A stretch of 64,000 nucleotides of DNA from contig CP145411.1 in NCBI GenBank assembly GCA_036867785.1, forward strand, positions 1,178,001-1,242,000. The letters are read 5' to 3'. Origin of the DNA: Plasmodiophora brassicae (Eukaryota). The position numbers and the translations under genes are program-made. Positions 23,694 to 36,866 of the stretch are shown here, piece by piece; position 1 is the stretch's first letter, and each line of letters opens with the position of its first letter. Below the pieces are notes generated by a model. The model had not been told where the DNA came from. It worked only from the letters and a program-made list of their open reading frames with translations, and did not search any database.

Positions 23694-26600
23694 ATGCCCA
23701 GCGCCGGCCAGGACGACGATGAGATCGATGTCGACGACGCCGTCGACCGGCAGCGCAACGAGCAGCTGTCGTTGGCGGCGACGGCGCGCGCCACCTTAGT
23801 CGGCAAGTCGATCCGCGTGCGCCCGTCCGTCCTGCGGTCGGGCGATGCCGGGTCGGTCGTCGCCCAGCCCTTCCAGGACGAGGCGTTCATGTCGAAGGTC
23901 AAGGAGGACAGCGGCGCCGTCGACGTCGGCCACATCGACGACGTCGCCCTGCCGGCGCAGATCCCGGCGAAGGCGTCGGCGCCGGTCGAGGTCGCCAACG
24001 ACGCCGACCAGAAGGCGTCGCTCGTGCCGCCCGCCGGCAGCGACCCCGACAAGGGCACCGGCGACCAGCGCCGCGCCTGCTTCTCCATGGCCGCACGCGC
24101 CGTCCTCGGCCTGTGCACCAGCGATCGTGCCGACGAGCTCGAGAAGCAGTGCGTGCAGGTGCGTGCATGCCGCGCGCCCACGCGTCCACGCACCAGCGCT
24201 CAGCGTCGCGCTGTGTGTGTGTGTGTAGGTCCTCGCCGAGTCGTTCGGCATCGACGGCAAGGTCGTCGATGAGGAGCTGGGTGCGTTGCGGGACCCGGCG
24301 ACGGTGGCGCACCTGATGCGACGCGACCTGAAGCAGCGGCGGGCGCGGGTCGCCGCCCAGGGCGACGCGTTCGAGCGGGCGGGCGCGCACGGGAAATGGC
24401 ATCAGGCGCAGGCGCAGGCCATGGACGAGGTCGAGATCGCGACGAGCGAGTTCGCGAGCGGCCCCGACCAGTTCATCGAGGAGCAGCGCGCCGCCCAGAG
24501 GTACACCTCGAAGGGGGACGACGACGCGCACGGCGAGAAGGGCGAGGACGGCGACGACGACGGTGTCGTGTACTTCTGGCAGCTGTGCTGCTGCTGCTGT
24601 TGCAGCGGGGGCGGCGACGACGACAAGGTCGAAGAGGAGGCGCAGGCGGCACCCGATCCGCCCCGTCAGCGGCGGCACGTGGCGTCCGTTCGCGACTCGT
24701 TGCACCCGGGCGCCAACGCGTCGTTCGCCCTCGGCGGCGGCAAGGACGACGCGTACGCGGTCGACGTCGAGCAGGGCCTGATCTGGGTCGTCATCGCGAT
24801 GCTGCGCCACCTGAACAAGGGCACCGGCGCCGTCATCAGCGTGAAGCCCAGCGGTAGGCCCATCAGCGCGTTCGCGAGCGTCCGCCATCGTCGCTGACGA
24901 ACGCGCGCACGCCCAGCGGTCCAGAAGCAGGAGGGCAACGACACGCTGTGGCTGACGGACGAGTGCCTGTTCATCGTGGACAGCTGGTGCCGTCGGTACG
25001 GGATCGGGGAGGCGCACCGCGCCCTGGTCCTGCTCGAGTTCCTGACGCGCCGCCCGATGATCGCCTCGCACTACTTCTGGGACGCGCTCGACCTGTTCGA
25101 CGTCGTCGGCGCCGTCGCCAACGACGGCATGCTGAGGCGGGTGGAGCGCCCCGCCCTGATCCGGGTCGCCACCATGACGTCGTCCTGGTGCAAGGCCTGC
25201 CTCGTCGCCTACCACGACAACTTCAGCGGCGACCTCGCCTACAAGGGCCTCGGCGAGTGCATCCGCCTGGCGCTGATGTGCCACGCGATCACGTCGGCGA
25301 ATCGCGACCCGCCGCCGGCCGTCGTCGCCCCCATCTGCCAGACGGCCCTTGCCGCTCGCTACGAGTACGTCGTCGCCGCCGCCGCCGCCATGGAGAAGAA
25401 CGAGACGCGGCAGCGCGGCGCCAAAGACGACGACGTGGTGGTCGCGCGCGACACCCAGAAGGACGCGGTGGTCGTGGTCGGCGCCGGCGCCGGGCCCGCC
25501 ACCGGGCGTCGCATCCGCTCGTCGTTGCACATGATCTTCGTGATGCAGCTGCTGAGGAAGGAGGTCGGCAACGACGTGAACGCGTTCGGGCCCGTGTTCG
25601 AGCACGAGGCCGGCGCCGGGTTCAGCGCCGTGCAGACGGCGTCGTCGACGTACTTCCCGCTGGTCTGGGCCGACTTCCGGGCGTTCCTGTCGGACGCGAC
25701 CGCCGACATTGAGGTGCTGCGCGCGCGGTACGGCAACTCGCCCGACGCCCTGGACCCGTACATCTTCAAGCTGTACAACGAGCTGTCCGACCTGTACGAG
25801 TTCTTCGCGCCGCACGCCGACCTGCCCGACATTGTCGTCGGCGAGCACTTTGCGCCGTTCGTCGACCGGTGGCTGGAGATCCAGCGCGAGCACTTCTCGA
25901 CGACGCGCATCGATTCGGCGCTGAACAGCGACCAGTGGGTGGCCCTGCAGGACACCAAGTGCACGACCAGCGTGATCGACCTGTACGCCATGCTGTACCC
26001 GCTGGCCGACGCGTTCAAGTCGGCGCCGTTCTCGTCGGAGCAGTCGGTGACGTTCGCCGGCCTGCTCTCCGACATCGTCTGCCACTACGTGCACCGCCTG
26101 GCCGTCATGCTCGACGCCGACATGACCGCCTGGCCCGGGCGTGTCACCGACGTCATGGTCCTGCGCTTCAACGACATGCACATCTGCAAGGTCAAGCTGT
26201 CCGACCTGCTCAAGGCCATCGACCTCGAGAAGGCGTCCGTTTCGGCAGCATGGCCAGTTGCCCCGCCTTCCTGACGGTTGTTGTGGTTGCCTGTGCAGGT
26301 ACGGGAAGCCGCCGACGCTGGTCGACAACGACGGGCAACCGGGCGGCGGCGCCGGTGACGACGACGCCGAGTTCAAGGCGTTCATGTCGGATGCGATCGG
26401 CGGCAGCAGCCTGGATGCGCTGCGTTGCAGCGGGTCGTTCCGGTTCATGCAGGACGCGATGAACGGGGCGGCGCACAAGATCGCCGTCCCGATGAACAAG
26501 CTGTGGTCGGCGCTGATCACCGAGCTGGTGTGGAGGAAGCCGCTGACCGACGCCATGGACGACGATGCCGTCGAGGCATTCCTGCAGCCGTTCTGGGAGG

Positions 26601-27128
26601 ACCTGGCCGCCAAGGTCGAGCCGCTCGTCGCCGCCATGATCGAGCCGCACGTCCTGCTGCGCGCCTTCCTCGCCCACCTGCTCGTCGACGTCGAGGGCAA
26701 CCTCGTCCCGCAGTCGAGGAAGACGGTCCTGAACCCTGCCCAGCTGGGCCGCCTGCGCTCGGCGCATCAGGTGGGTGGGGTCGCTTTAGGGGGAAAGGGC
26801 GCCACCCGCTGACGAACCTTCGCTACAGTTGATGCAGGAGTTTTTCATGTTCTACGGGCTGCCGAGCAACGTCCTGGACGCGATGAAGGTGAACGCCCGG
26901 GCGACCTTCCTGATCCAGTTGCAATCGGGGCCAACGGCGAACCTGATCGGGGTCTGGGACGCGATCCCGGACGACGACGAGTCGATGCCCGAGGAGGAAC
27001 GCATCAAGGCGCCGCCGTACCTCGGCAGGAAGCACGTCCGGCGCATCCTGGAGCGACGGAAGCGGGACGCGGCCGACCCGGACGCTGACGCGTTCCTGAA
27101 GGACCACAAGAAGAAGGGCTGGTTTTAG
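23694..27128 (+). CDS. Munc13-homology (MUN/MHD, CATCHR-type) helical protein, multi-exon
   Basis: FIVDSWCRRYGIGEAH resembles Munc13 EIVDEFAMRYGVESIY; IDSALNSDQW...KCTTSVIDLY resembles MHD1 (A...D.W...SSSVVD.F); RFNDMH. Joined from ORFs 23694, 24286, 24976, 26141 and 26829; strong GC3 bias. Confidence 0.7.
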
Positions 27129-27250
27129 GTGGCCCCGCTGATAAATCGACGGCTACGTGCGGCAGGGCACTCTTGGTCATGCACGGCACATATCGAACGC
27201 CGTTTACGGTGAATGCTTCATACATGTGGAACAGGGCTGTCCCCTGAACG

Positions 27251-28699
27251 CTATGCCATGCCGAACGCGATGGCGACGATCGCCAGAGCAACGGCGGCCC
27301 CCGTTGGCGACCGTTGGAACGCCGGGCTAGCGCCCTGGAGGGCCTGCTCTGTGTCGTGCGTGGCGACGCCCTCTGTTGTGGCATTGGCAGCGGGCTGGCG
27401 AGAGGCGGGAACTGGACGCCTGGACGACGGATGTGGAACCCGTGGCGGGCACGTCGCAGCGGTCCCGTTGGCGAGTGGACGCACCCAGACGTTCGACGTG
27501 CTGGGCCCCGACCCGTACACGTTGCTGGCCGCGACCCGAACGATAATCAGGCGTGCGGTGTCGGTCAGGCCCGACAGGACGACGGCGTTGACGTTGCCAA
27601 CGTTGACCCGCCTGGCGAGGTATGGTGGCCGGTACGTGTCTTCAACGGCGAGCAGCGTGCTCTCGACCTGGTAGTAGACGGTGTAGCCCGTGATCGGGGC
27701 CACCGTCGAGTCCGGCGCCGACCACGTCACCTGGCGACCGCCGCTGGTCAGTGTGTGTGTGTGGGGGGCGGCGGCCTGGCCATGCACGTACCAGGACAGA
27801 GGACCGGGCCGGCGTCAGGCGCAGGTTGGTCGGCCGGCCGGGTGTGTGGTCACCGGTCCCGAGGATGATCTCGCCCAGCTGCGGCGTGAAGTACAGGTCC
27901 TTGAGCGGGGACGCGTCGAACTCGTCGACGGTGCCCGCCCAGCCGGGTGGCGGTAGCGACAGGCAGCGACGCTGGTCGGCAGCGTACCGGGCGCCAATCT
28001 CACCTCGGCACGGCGCCGGCCAGATCGCCTTCAGGTACCTCATCGGCTGCGTCCAGTTGCTCCTCTCGACCTTCTTCCGGTACCAGCACCCTCCCGTTGC
28101 AACCGTGCACTCCATATCCCTGGCGAACCGTCGACAATGTCAGCGGCGCGTCCCCATTACTGCCATGGCCCGATCGTCGTACAGGCCGCGCTCAACGTTG
28201 GGCACGTCGTAGAACGTGACGCCGTCCTCCGAGTACTGGTACTCCATGGCGCCGTACTTGATGTCGTTATCGTCCGCGTAGTAGACGCGCGCCCATAGGT
28301 TTGTGAAGCCGCCGGGGACGTGCCAGGTGATGTTGGCGTTCGGCCAGTACGTCCCATAGCGCTTATAGCGTGCCGTGTCCCACTGCCGAACGGGAGGAAC
28401 CTGTCAGATCCCCCCGTCGTCCAAGGGGCCAACGTACGCGGGGCGACCTGAATATCGTCGGCGTTGCGCGGGTCGATGACAAAGTCGAGGTGAGCGGCGC
28501 TGTTCGCTGGTGTATACGGCGCGATGTCCTCGTTGTCGCACTCGTCCTTGAAGCCGACGAACGGGATCTCGTCCTGGTTCACGCCTGGTTCCCCGCATTC
28601 GACTCTGACCAGATCCATCAGGGTCGTCCATCGCGTGTCGCCCGCAGCGACGATCCCGTAACGAAGCGCGAACACGACAACGACCCCTTGCAGCAGCAT
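27251..28699 (-). CDS. Secreted, probably GPI- or tail-anchored surface protein with discoidin-like and FN3 domains (multi-exon)
   Basis: Signal peptide; YQYSEDGVTF and PMRYLKAIW (F5/8-like); PGRPTNL...VTWSAP...PITGYTVYY...VRVAASNVYGSGP (FN3); hydrophobic C-terminus AAVALAIVAIAFGMA*. Confidence 0.72.
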
Positions 28700-29011
28700 G
28701 TGTAGAACGGCAGTGAGCGATCGGCAGCAACGTGTACGGAGGCTAAACGTAGTGACAAGTCGTCGTTGCCGTCAACAGGTCGACTACAGGTAGAGTCTAC
28801 TGGAAGGTACGTTCGTGTCGACACCCTGTGACGTCGTGCCGGGACCCCGGCCGAAGATATTCTATCCGCGCGCCTTCCAGAACGAGCGGCAGCGGGGGAA
28901 CACACCTGCAGGCCAACGGGTCGCAGTGCCAGCGGATCCAGGCACGCGACGAGAACGGGATTCCAGATTCCGATCTGTACTATAGAAAGCGGCCCCATGC
29001 AGGTTGGGCAA

Positions 29012-29730
29012 TTACATGTGAAGAACAGGCGGCGACGGCGCACTCGCCCTGGAGGGTCGTGGTGATGGGGACGCGCGTACCTGAGCCTCCAGCTGTGCGA
29101 TCCGCGCCAGATCTGCCATCCTGTCAGGCGGGCTAACCCTGCGCAGCGCATACTGAACGTTGTTACACGTGGCCTGCTGTACCCGAAGCCTGTCCTGCTC
29201 CTCGTACACCTCGGCGACCATGGACGATACGGTCTCAAATTCCAGGCGCGCACCACCAGTCTCGGGGGACGACGTGGCCCGATCGATATAGTCGCGAAGC
29301 CGCGTCAGCAGGTCGGTGGCGACCGACGACCAGTGCGATTCCAGGGTCCTGCGCGTGCACACAGCAACAATCTCAGTCGGCGGACGCCCAATCCCGGCGG
29401 GCGCGCGCTGCGACACCTCTTCTCCAAGGCGACCGCCGTGATCTGCTTCTGGAGCCTGTTGACCCTGCACCCGACCAGCAGACGTCAGCCCCTGACGACG
29501 CGCTCCGACACGGGCGCACAGACACACACGTACAGGAACTCCTCCTCGCGGTCGACATCGAGCAGGATCCGCGTCCGCTCGTCCAGCGCCGACGTCCGCT
29601 CGTGCGCCATGCGGTCGACCTGGGCCCGCAGCTGCGCGACCGTCTCGCGCTCCCGCCGCAGCTGCTCGGCCAGGTCCGCCGGGTCGCCGCCGCCCTCCGT
29701 CGGCACCGCCGCCGCACCCGTCAAGCCCAT
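29012..29730 (-). CDS. Coiled-coil protein, CCDC6/DUF2046-like; 3' end uncertain
   Basis: Spliced DVDREEEFL|VNRLQKQITAVALEK resembles CCDC6 EQEQEALVNRLWKRM; heptad pattern. Confidence 0.55.
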
Positions 29731-29919
29731 GAATTAATGATGATGCGACGCAAATAGGTACCCCGGGCCGAGGGGCACACACGCACCCTATGGGCACATT
29801 CTGTATAATTACCGTATGCCAGACATGGCGACCCTTTCCGACACGCGCGCGCGCGCGCTGACCAGTGATGTCCGACGCGAGGGAGGGCGGCCCGCGTGTG
29901 ACGAGGTAGAGACGGTCGG

Positions 29920-32900
29920 ATGGATGTGAAGGCGCGCGTCTGGCGGGTCTGGGTCGCGCGCGTCTCCCTGACGATCGCGGCGCTCGGCTTCCGCCGCTGG
30001 CATCTGAAGCATGCGGCCGCGCGTCGCTGGAGGTGCCGGGCCGCCGCGCGGGTCGCCCTGCGACGCCACCTGGTGGCCTGGCGCGGCGCCTCGCACGACG
30101 GCCCGGGGCGCGCGCAACGACGACGCCACCTGCGCGTCTGGCGTCGTCTGTCGCGCGCCACCCGCCTGCTCCGCGTCGCCTCCCGCGTGCACGGGCGCGC
30201 CTGCCTCAGGCGGTGGCGGCGGCAGGCGGTTCGCGGCCGCATCGCCGGTCGGCTTCGGCGCCGGCGACTGCGACACGCGTTCGCGTCGTGGTCGTCCGCG
30301 ACGACGGCCAGGCGGCACTTCCTCCGTCGCCGGGCGCTGCCCGCTCTTCGTGCGCTGCACGACCGTGCCCTGAGCGCGCGCCGCCTGACGTAAGCCGCCG
30401 ATCGGGGGTATACCCGGACGTCGACGATAACAACATGCCTAGGGCTGCCGCGGTGGCGTTCCATCGGCGGCGCGTGTGTACGCGATGCTTCCAGGCGATC
30501 CGGGCGCGCGCCGCTCGGGCGTCCACCGTGTCGCGGTACCGCCAGCACCGGGACCTGCGATCGCTCGTCCGGCACTGGGTCGGCTGGGCGCAGGTCGTCC
30601 ACGATCTGCACGAGCGGGCGCAGCGGATGCGGCGCCGGGTGCTGACCCGGCGCGCGATCCGGTACCGGCTTGGCGTGCATCGTCGCCGTGCACACAGCGC
30701 TGACCGGCGCGTTCCGACAGGCGATGGGTTCGCGCCCATCGACTGTTCGTCGCCGCTCACAGCGTCGTCCGTCGGCACGGGCGCTGTGTCCGACGACGGG
30801 TGTGGCGGCAGTGGAGACGCCGCATCGCGGCGCGTCGTCGCAGGCGCCTGACGATCTGGCGTGCATGGCGGCGTGTGCTGTACCGCAACCTCTGCGCCCG
30901 ACACGTTCGCCGCCAGCACCTCCTTGCATTGTCGTAAGCGTGCGCCATGCGGCAGACCAAGGCGGAGCGGCGGCTTACTCGACGCGATGGCAGGTTTCAT
31001 GGGTGGCGGCAGGCCTGGCAGCGTCTGCTCGCTGGGCGGGATCGCGTTCGACGACGCGCCTTGCGACGATGGCAGCGCGAGTTGTACCTGCATCGTGTCG
31101 TATTCGCGATGTCGACGCTGGCGCGTCGGCAGGTGATGCTGAAGGCGTTCCTGGACTGGACGACTGCTTGGCAGGGCGAGCGGCGACGGTCGGCAACGGT
31201 GCAGGCGGCGGCGACGTGGCGTGGCCGTCGGTGCCTGTTCAACGTCGTCCGCGTGGCTTGGCCGCGTTTCGTCCAGCGAATGCAGCGGCGACGAGGCCGG
31301 CTGTTCCTAGCGGACGAACACAGGCGACGGCAGTGGTGGGATCGCTGGGCGAACGCGTTTCGTCGGGGCCGACCGCACGGCAGACGTCATGGCGCCGGCC
31401 GAGACAAGGAGAACGTTGCGGCCGAGCCGGCCCACGCGTCGTCGAGCAAACCACCGAAACGTCATCCCAGCGCACCTCTGTGCCCTCGAGTCGCCACCGT
31501 TAACGTCGTCGCCCCTGAAGTGATCCTCGTCGGGAAGGACGCCGAGGCCGACGTCCTGGACAAGTCTGTCATCGAGTTTGTTGGAATCGAGGACGACAGA
31601 GCAGAGCGGGGCGCGCCGGTGCAAGCCGTGGACGATGCACAACCGTCCAGTATGGAGGCAGCCCTTGACGAGGCGATGCTGCTTGCCGCCGAGCACGCCA
31701 GGCTCGCCGTCGAGCGCAGGCATCATCTGGTCTGGGTCGCCGTGTGCCAGCGGGCGCGGCAAGGTCGAATCCGACGCGCCATCCACGAACAAGGAACGAC
31801 TCTGGCCTGCTTTCGCGCCTGGAGGGCGGCCCTGCACCTCTGCCGCGAAGCGTCCAACCTGTTCGAGACGTTCCAGGTTCGCCGAACCCGACACCTGCTC
31901 CGCTCGTGGTTGCGGCAAGTGGACGTTCGCCGAGCACTCCTCGTCATTCGACGTCGAATCGCGATTCGAGCATGGCGAAAGGCGCGGTTGCACCGGCAAC
32001 GGCTACGTCGACGGGCGCTGGCGACATGGCGAGCGTGGGCGTTCCCCAGGCGGCGCACACGACGAATGCGCCGCCTGCGACTTGGTCAGCGTGGGCCTGG
32101 CGCGGATCCCGATCTGCGAACTGAGCGCCTGCCACAGGTCGCCGGGTCTGGGACGCCTGGCAGCGCGCCCGTGCCGTACGACGATTCCGGATGCACCGGG
32201 CGGTGGTGTGGTGGGCAGGCACCTACCTCGGACGTCGTACAGCGGCAGAGGCGCGCTACCGCAAGGCCGACGATCGCTATCGGCAGCGTTCCGCTCGTGC
32301 CGTATTCAGGCAGTGGCTACGCGCGCGTTCGATTGTTCGTGCTGCTCGACAACGGCGCTGCTTCCGCGACTGGCTCCATATGGCAGCAAGGTAGCCCCCG
32401 TCATCGTTGCACGGTCGTTCGTCGGGCTGCTTCATCCCAATGCGGCGCTTCGCAGGATGCGCCGATGGCGACATGCGATGGCGGCGTGGCTGACTGATCG
32501 CGCTCTGGCGTCAAGGTACGGTATCCCGTTCGTGGCGCCGAGCATCCCGTACTGGTACAGGGAACGCCCGCGGTACAAGGCGCTGGCTTCACCGTTCCAG
32601 GCCTGGAGAGGGTTCGCGCGATCGCGATCCAGGCGCCGTCGCGCCGAACAGCATTGTGTACAGGGGCGCACGCGGCGCCTGCTTCGTGCAGTGACGCTCC
32701 TGGTGCGGGCTCTGCGTCACGACCGCCGCCGGGCTGCCTCGCTGGCCTTTCGTTTCATGCTGGTTCGAGCTCGCGCGCGACGCTTCCAGAAACGCGTCGA
32801 TCGGGTGTTCGTACGCAGCTGGGCGAACCACTGGCGATCAACGGTACGTTGTACCTGCAACATACGTCCAGCTGGTTCGCTGATGCAGCCCTTTCCCAGA

Positions 32901-33436
32901 TACGTATCGAGCGCGCTGATGCGTTCCTCCGAGCCAGGTCCCTCAGCAAGCATTTCGTCGCTTGGCGCGAACTTCGAAAGCGTGCATCAGCGGAACGTCT
33001 GCACACGTGCGCCGTCGTAGTATCTGCATGGAAGGCGACCGTCGTTTCTGCTCGGCAGCAGCGTCAGCAGGCTGCCGTGGGCCATCGCAGATTGATGGGT
33101 AAACGTCGAACTCCTTCCTGAAAGGCCGACTCTGATATTAGTGTGCGCGCGCCAGGTCACATACGCCACGTCGGCACGTTGTCACGGATCGCCCGAGTAT
33201 TCCACCGGCTCCGTCTTTGTCGCCGAGCCTGGCACCTATGGGCGTCTGCATGTATGCGTCAGCAGCGTGATGCGCAGGTGCTGTACGAGAGGATGGTGAA
33301 GCGCCGCGCTCTATGCCGCTGGTGGCATGCCTTTGGAGACCGGCTTGTCGAAATGGAGTGGCGAATGGCACACGGGGGCGAAAAGGCGGCGCTGCTGCCT
33401 ACTCCAGGAACCTACTACACGCCGTTAAGGGAGTAA
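29920..33436 (+). CDS. Sfi1-like centrin-binding repeat protein (Arg/Trp-rich, multi-exon); start uncertain
   Basis: Recurrent A...(H/R)...L...F..W(R/K) units such as LGFRRW, HAFASW, KAFLDW, ACFRAWR, PFQAWR and KHFVAWR across ORFs from 29920 to 33436. Confidence 0.7.
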
Positions 33437-33511
33437 TCTGCGAATGGAGTAAGCAAACCATACAACAGGTATATAATAGACGGATACACGATGAGGGAGT
33501 GCGGTCCAGGT

Positions 33512-34924
33512 TCAGGTGCCGCCGCTGTCCTGGTTGTACCCACCGGTGTTAGACAATTGCCAACGCACGGCGTCGCGACATGCGTCGTGAACGGTCTTTG
33601 CGGGCGTCCAGTTCAGGACACGTTCGGACTTGCTGACATCAGCGACTGCGGAACGGTATCACTAACCAACGGCGATAAGCGACGTGTTGCTTGACCTAAG
33701 GTGCCCACATCGCCCGGCCGCCGGGATTCTATTTGGAACGGCAGGTCACGACCCACGGCAACGTTGACAGCGCTGAGCACCTCCTTCACCGATGTTCCCC
33801 GACCAGTACCGACGTTGAAGACGTGCACAGTGCCGCGAGGCAGCCGCAGGCCTCGGTCCAATGCACACGCGTGTGCGCGTGCGACATCCTGCCGCACCTG
33901 CTTAGCCTAGCCCGCCGTGTGCAGATCGCAGGCCTCCGACCTCAATGTGGACATAGTCACGAACTGGCGTGCCGTCGGGCGTGTCCCAATCGTCACCAAA
34001 GATGCGAACCAGCTGGTGCTGGCCGACGGCGACGCGGCAGATGTACGGCATCAGGTTGTTCTGTCAGGTGGCAGTAACTACATGATTGGCGGATCCAACA
34101 AGGGCGATCCGCAAACCGCAGGGCCGACGGGATCCTCGCCAATTAGACCAGACGGGTGCGCTCCCACAGGGTTGAAGTACCGGAGAATGACGACTGACAG
34201 GCGAGGATCTGCAGCAGCTGCGCCGATGTCGATCAGCCCTGCGACGACATGCGACAAGCCCTGGTCCATACCGCAATCGGACAGGATGGACTCGATGATC
34301 ACCTTTGTCCGGCCGTATGGCGTGGTAGGCGACATTACACTGTTCTCACTGACGACGCCGAAGCCGGACGGGTTGCCTACAGGCCAACCGCTTAGAGACC
34401 CGTCCATCGACATGGCAGACAGGCGCAGTACGAACCGTAGACGGTTGCAGACGATGAGAATATGATTCGATGGACGTTATGGTCGCGCATGCTGCGAACC
34501 AAGTTAATCGCACCGACCACATCGTTGCTATAGTATTCAAGCGGCTTCCAAAGACGACGTCAGACGCACCGGCCGTCAGTGATGCGCTTAGAGGTCACCT
34601 GCAGGAGGGAATCGCGTACAGATTTAAGCGCAGCACAATGGATGACACAGTCGAACTGATGCCGAGCGAACACGCCATCGAGGGCGCCGGCGTCAGTCAG
34701 ATCGACTCTGTAGAACAGCACAGACCTGCCGGAAAATCAGTCCCGGGTCGCAGGAAGTCGCCTGGCCCGCCCTACTGCTTCGCAGCGGCTTCGATCCGGT
34801 CGATGACGGCGGGCGATGCATTGCGCATGCTGTCGACGATGGCGACGCGGTGCCCGGCCGCCAGCAACTGCACGACGACATGCGACCCGACATAGCCCGC
34901 CCCGCCCGTGACACATATCAGCAT
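33512..34924 (-). CDS. galE: UDP-glucose 4-epimerase (multi-exon)
   Basis: MLICVTGGAGYVGSH, PYGRTK, ILRYFNPVGAHPSGLIGEDP, VFNVGTGRGTSV, RRPGDV. Confidence 0.93.
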
Positions 34925-35296
34925 CGCGGCACCGTCGTTGACAGAAGTTGCACAGCCAACACGGTCAACCTACTGGGGGGCAGCTCAGCGCACACACGCG
35001 GCCCGCACGGTACTATTTGCACCTGGGCCTTGCCGCTGGCCGGGCGTCGCAGCCTCTGCTACGCAGGTGGACCGATCGTCGTACCTCGGCCAGTGGCGGG
35101 ATTGGCGCCACCGACATTTATAAATGGAGAGCCGCCTCACTGGGAGGGCAACTGCCGCGAGAAATCGGATCGGTACCCACATGTCGCACAACTGAGAAGG
35201 CGGCCGAGAATGGCACCGCCCCTGTCAGCGGCGGGCGGGTCAGCAACTGCACACGGGTGCAGTGCGGCATTACGCTTTTTGCTGCTCAAGCAGGAC

Positions 35297-35319
35297 CGAG
35301 AGAGCGAGAGAGAGAGAGA
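35297..35319 (+). repeat. (GA)n microsatellite just upstream of the USP start codon
   Basis: GAGAGAGCGAGAGAGAGAGAGAG. Confidence 0.8.
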
Positions 35320-35343
35320 GTCAAAGGCAGAGAGGGTGACGTC

Positions 35344-35973
35344 ATGATCGGGGAAACCGTCGGACGCCAGGACATGGAGGTACGCCGCATCGGCAGGAAT
35401 GCGAAAGAGGACGACAGCGGCCCGCGCCACATCGCCGTGTTCGTCAACTCGCGCTCCGACCATGTCCATTCGAAGCGAACCTGGGATTGGGCCAAGACCA
35501 ACATGATCCGCAAGGGCGACGTGGTCACGCTGGTAACGGTCGTCCCGCCGGCGACGCCTGCCGTCCCGGAGACCGATGACCTGGCACCCGATCGCGAAGG
35601 CGTGTGCACCGTTGAGCTGTCGTTGGAGCGCAAGGAGCTCCATTCTGACGCAGAGAAGGTTCGTACGATCCGCGTGCATATCGCGGTGCCCCCTCGCTGA
35701 CCGCCGTTGTTCGTTTAGACGCTGGAGCAGCTTGTTGCCGGGACGGACCGCAACGGATGGCAACTGGAGACGCAGATCCTTCAGCAAGTCGGCAGCGTTG
35801 GCGAAACGTTGGTGAGCTGGCTCAACAGGCACCACTGCGACGAGGCGATCGCCGGCGCAACTGAAGTCCATGGATTCAAGCGCGTCATGCTGTCCCTGGT
35901 CGGCGGGGCTGGGTCCGTCTCCAAGTACTTGGCGAACCACGCCCCGAATTCCGTCATCATCGTCAAGGACTGA
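35344..35973 (+). CDS. Universal stress protein (USP domain), one intron
   Basis: RHIAVFVN...SKRTWDWA...GDVVTLVTV; exon 2 ...CDEAIAG...GFKRV...GSVSKYLANHAPNSVIIVK*. Confidence 0.85.
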
Positions 35974-36111
35974 TTCCGCCCCCGCGTGTCGAATAATCCT
36001 GCCATGGCATTTCGTTCAGTTATTTGCTACGAATACATTCGAAGGAACTGCTTGTCTGTAGTATTCTACTTGTTGCCACGTTAGTTTAGGAACATACTAT
36101 ACAATACTGTG

Positions 36112-36540
36112 TCATTCAAGTTTCTCGAGTTCGGTCATCCGCGTCAGTATGGTGCTCTTATTGGTCTCCTGGACCTCGCCGGCGAGGACGAACTCGTCGA
36201 TAATCGAGTAGACCTTGTGGAAGTTGAAGACCAGGTCGAGCTCGCAGACGTTCCCAAAGTACTTGTCGAGGAGCTCCACGAAGAAGTGGATGGCCTCGAG
36301 ATGCGCGAACTCGTTATCGCTGACGTCGACGCAGAACGTGAAGTAGAGGCCCGCGTACCGCCTGTAGATGATACGGAACGTGCGGTACTCGATGAAGTTC
36401 GTGAACTTGGAGTCGCGATTCACGATCAGGCGGTGGATCTCGCGCTCGACGCTCCGCTTCTCCTGGTTCTCGTACGGGGCGTACCACTTGGACAGGCGCG
36501 TCTTGCCCTGCCTGTTCTGCAGCAGCACAAAGTGTATCAT
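36112..36540 (-). CDS. AP2S1: AP-2 adaptor complex sigma subunit, 142 aa, intronless
   Basis: [20 protein letters not shown]...RDSKFTNF...YRRYAGLYF...[15 protein letters not shown]...LAGEVQET. Confidence 0.96.
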   Translation of the reverse strand: MIHFVLLQNRQGKTRLSKWYAPYENQEKRSVEREIHRLIVNRDSKFTNFIEYRTFRIIYRRYAGLYFTFCVDVSDNEFAHLEAIHFFVELLDKYFGNVCELDLVFNFHKVYSIIDEFVLAGEVQETNKSTILTRMTELEKLE

Positions 36541-36866
36541 CGCGGCCCCGGACGCCCGACTGGGATCGCACCCACTCTGGCGGACGAGGCCTCCGGGGGC
36601 GCGACGTTCCGGCGGCGGCGCGCGCCTCTGCAAAAAACGACGGCCCCATGCATCCGGCGTTTTTTGGGCGCCCGCACCTCGAAGGCCAGCGGGGGCGCGG
36701 ATCATGTATGATTCCGTGCCGCCTCCCTGCGGGGTCTGGGCCGGGACAGGGTGGGCGCAGGGCAGATCCTATGGTAGGTATGGTAGGTGTATGGATGGCC
36801 GCGTATACAGAGAGAGAGAGAGACGCTTGCTCGGCTACGGTGTAGATAGAGCTGGTGTGTACAGCC

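Noticed and set aside
23899-26700. 933-aa minus-strand ORF
   Set aside because: Antisense shadow of the GC3-rich Munc13-like gene; composition is uninformative and it has no motifs.
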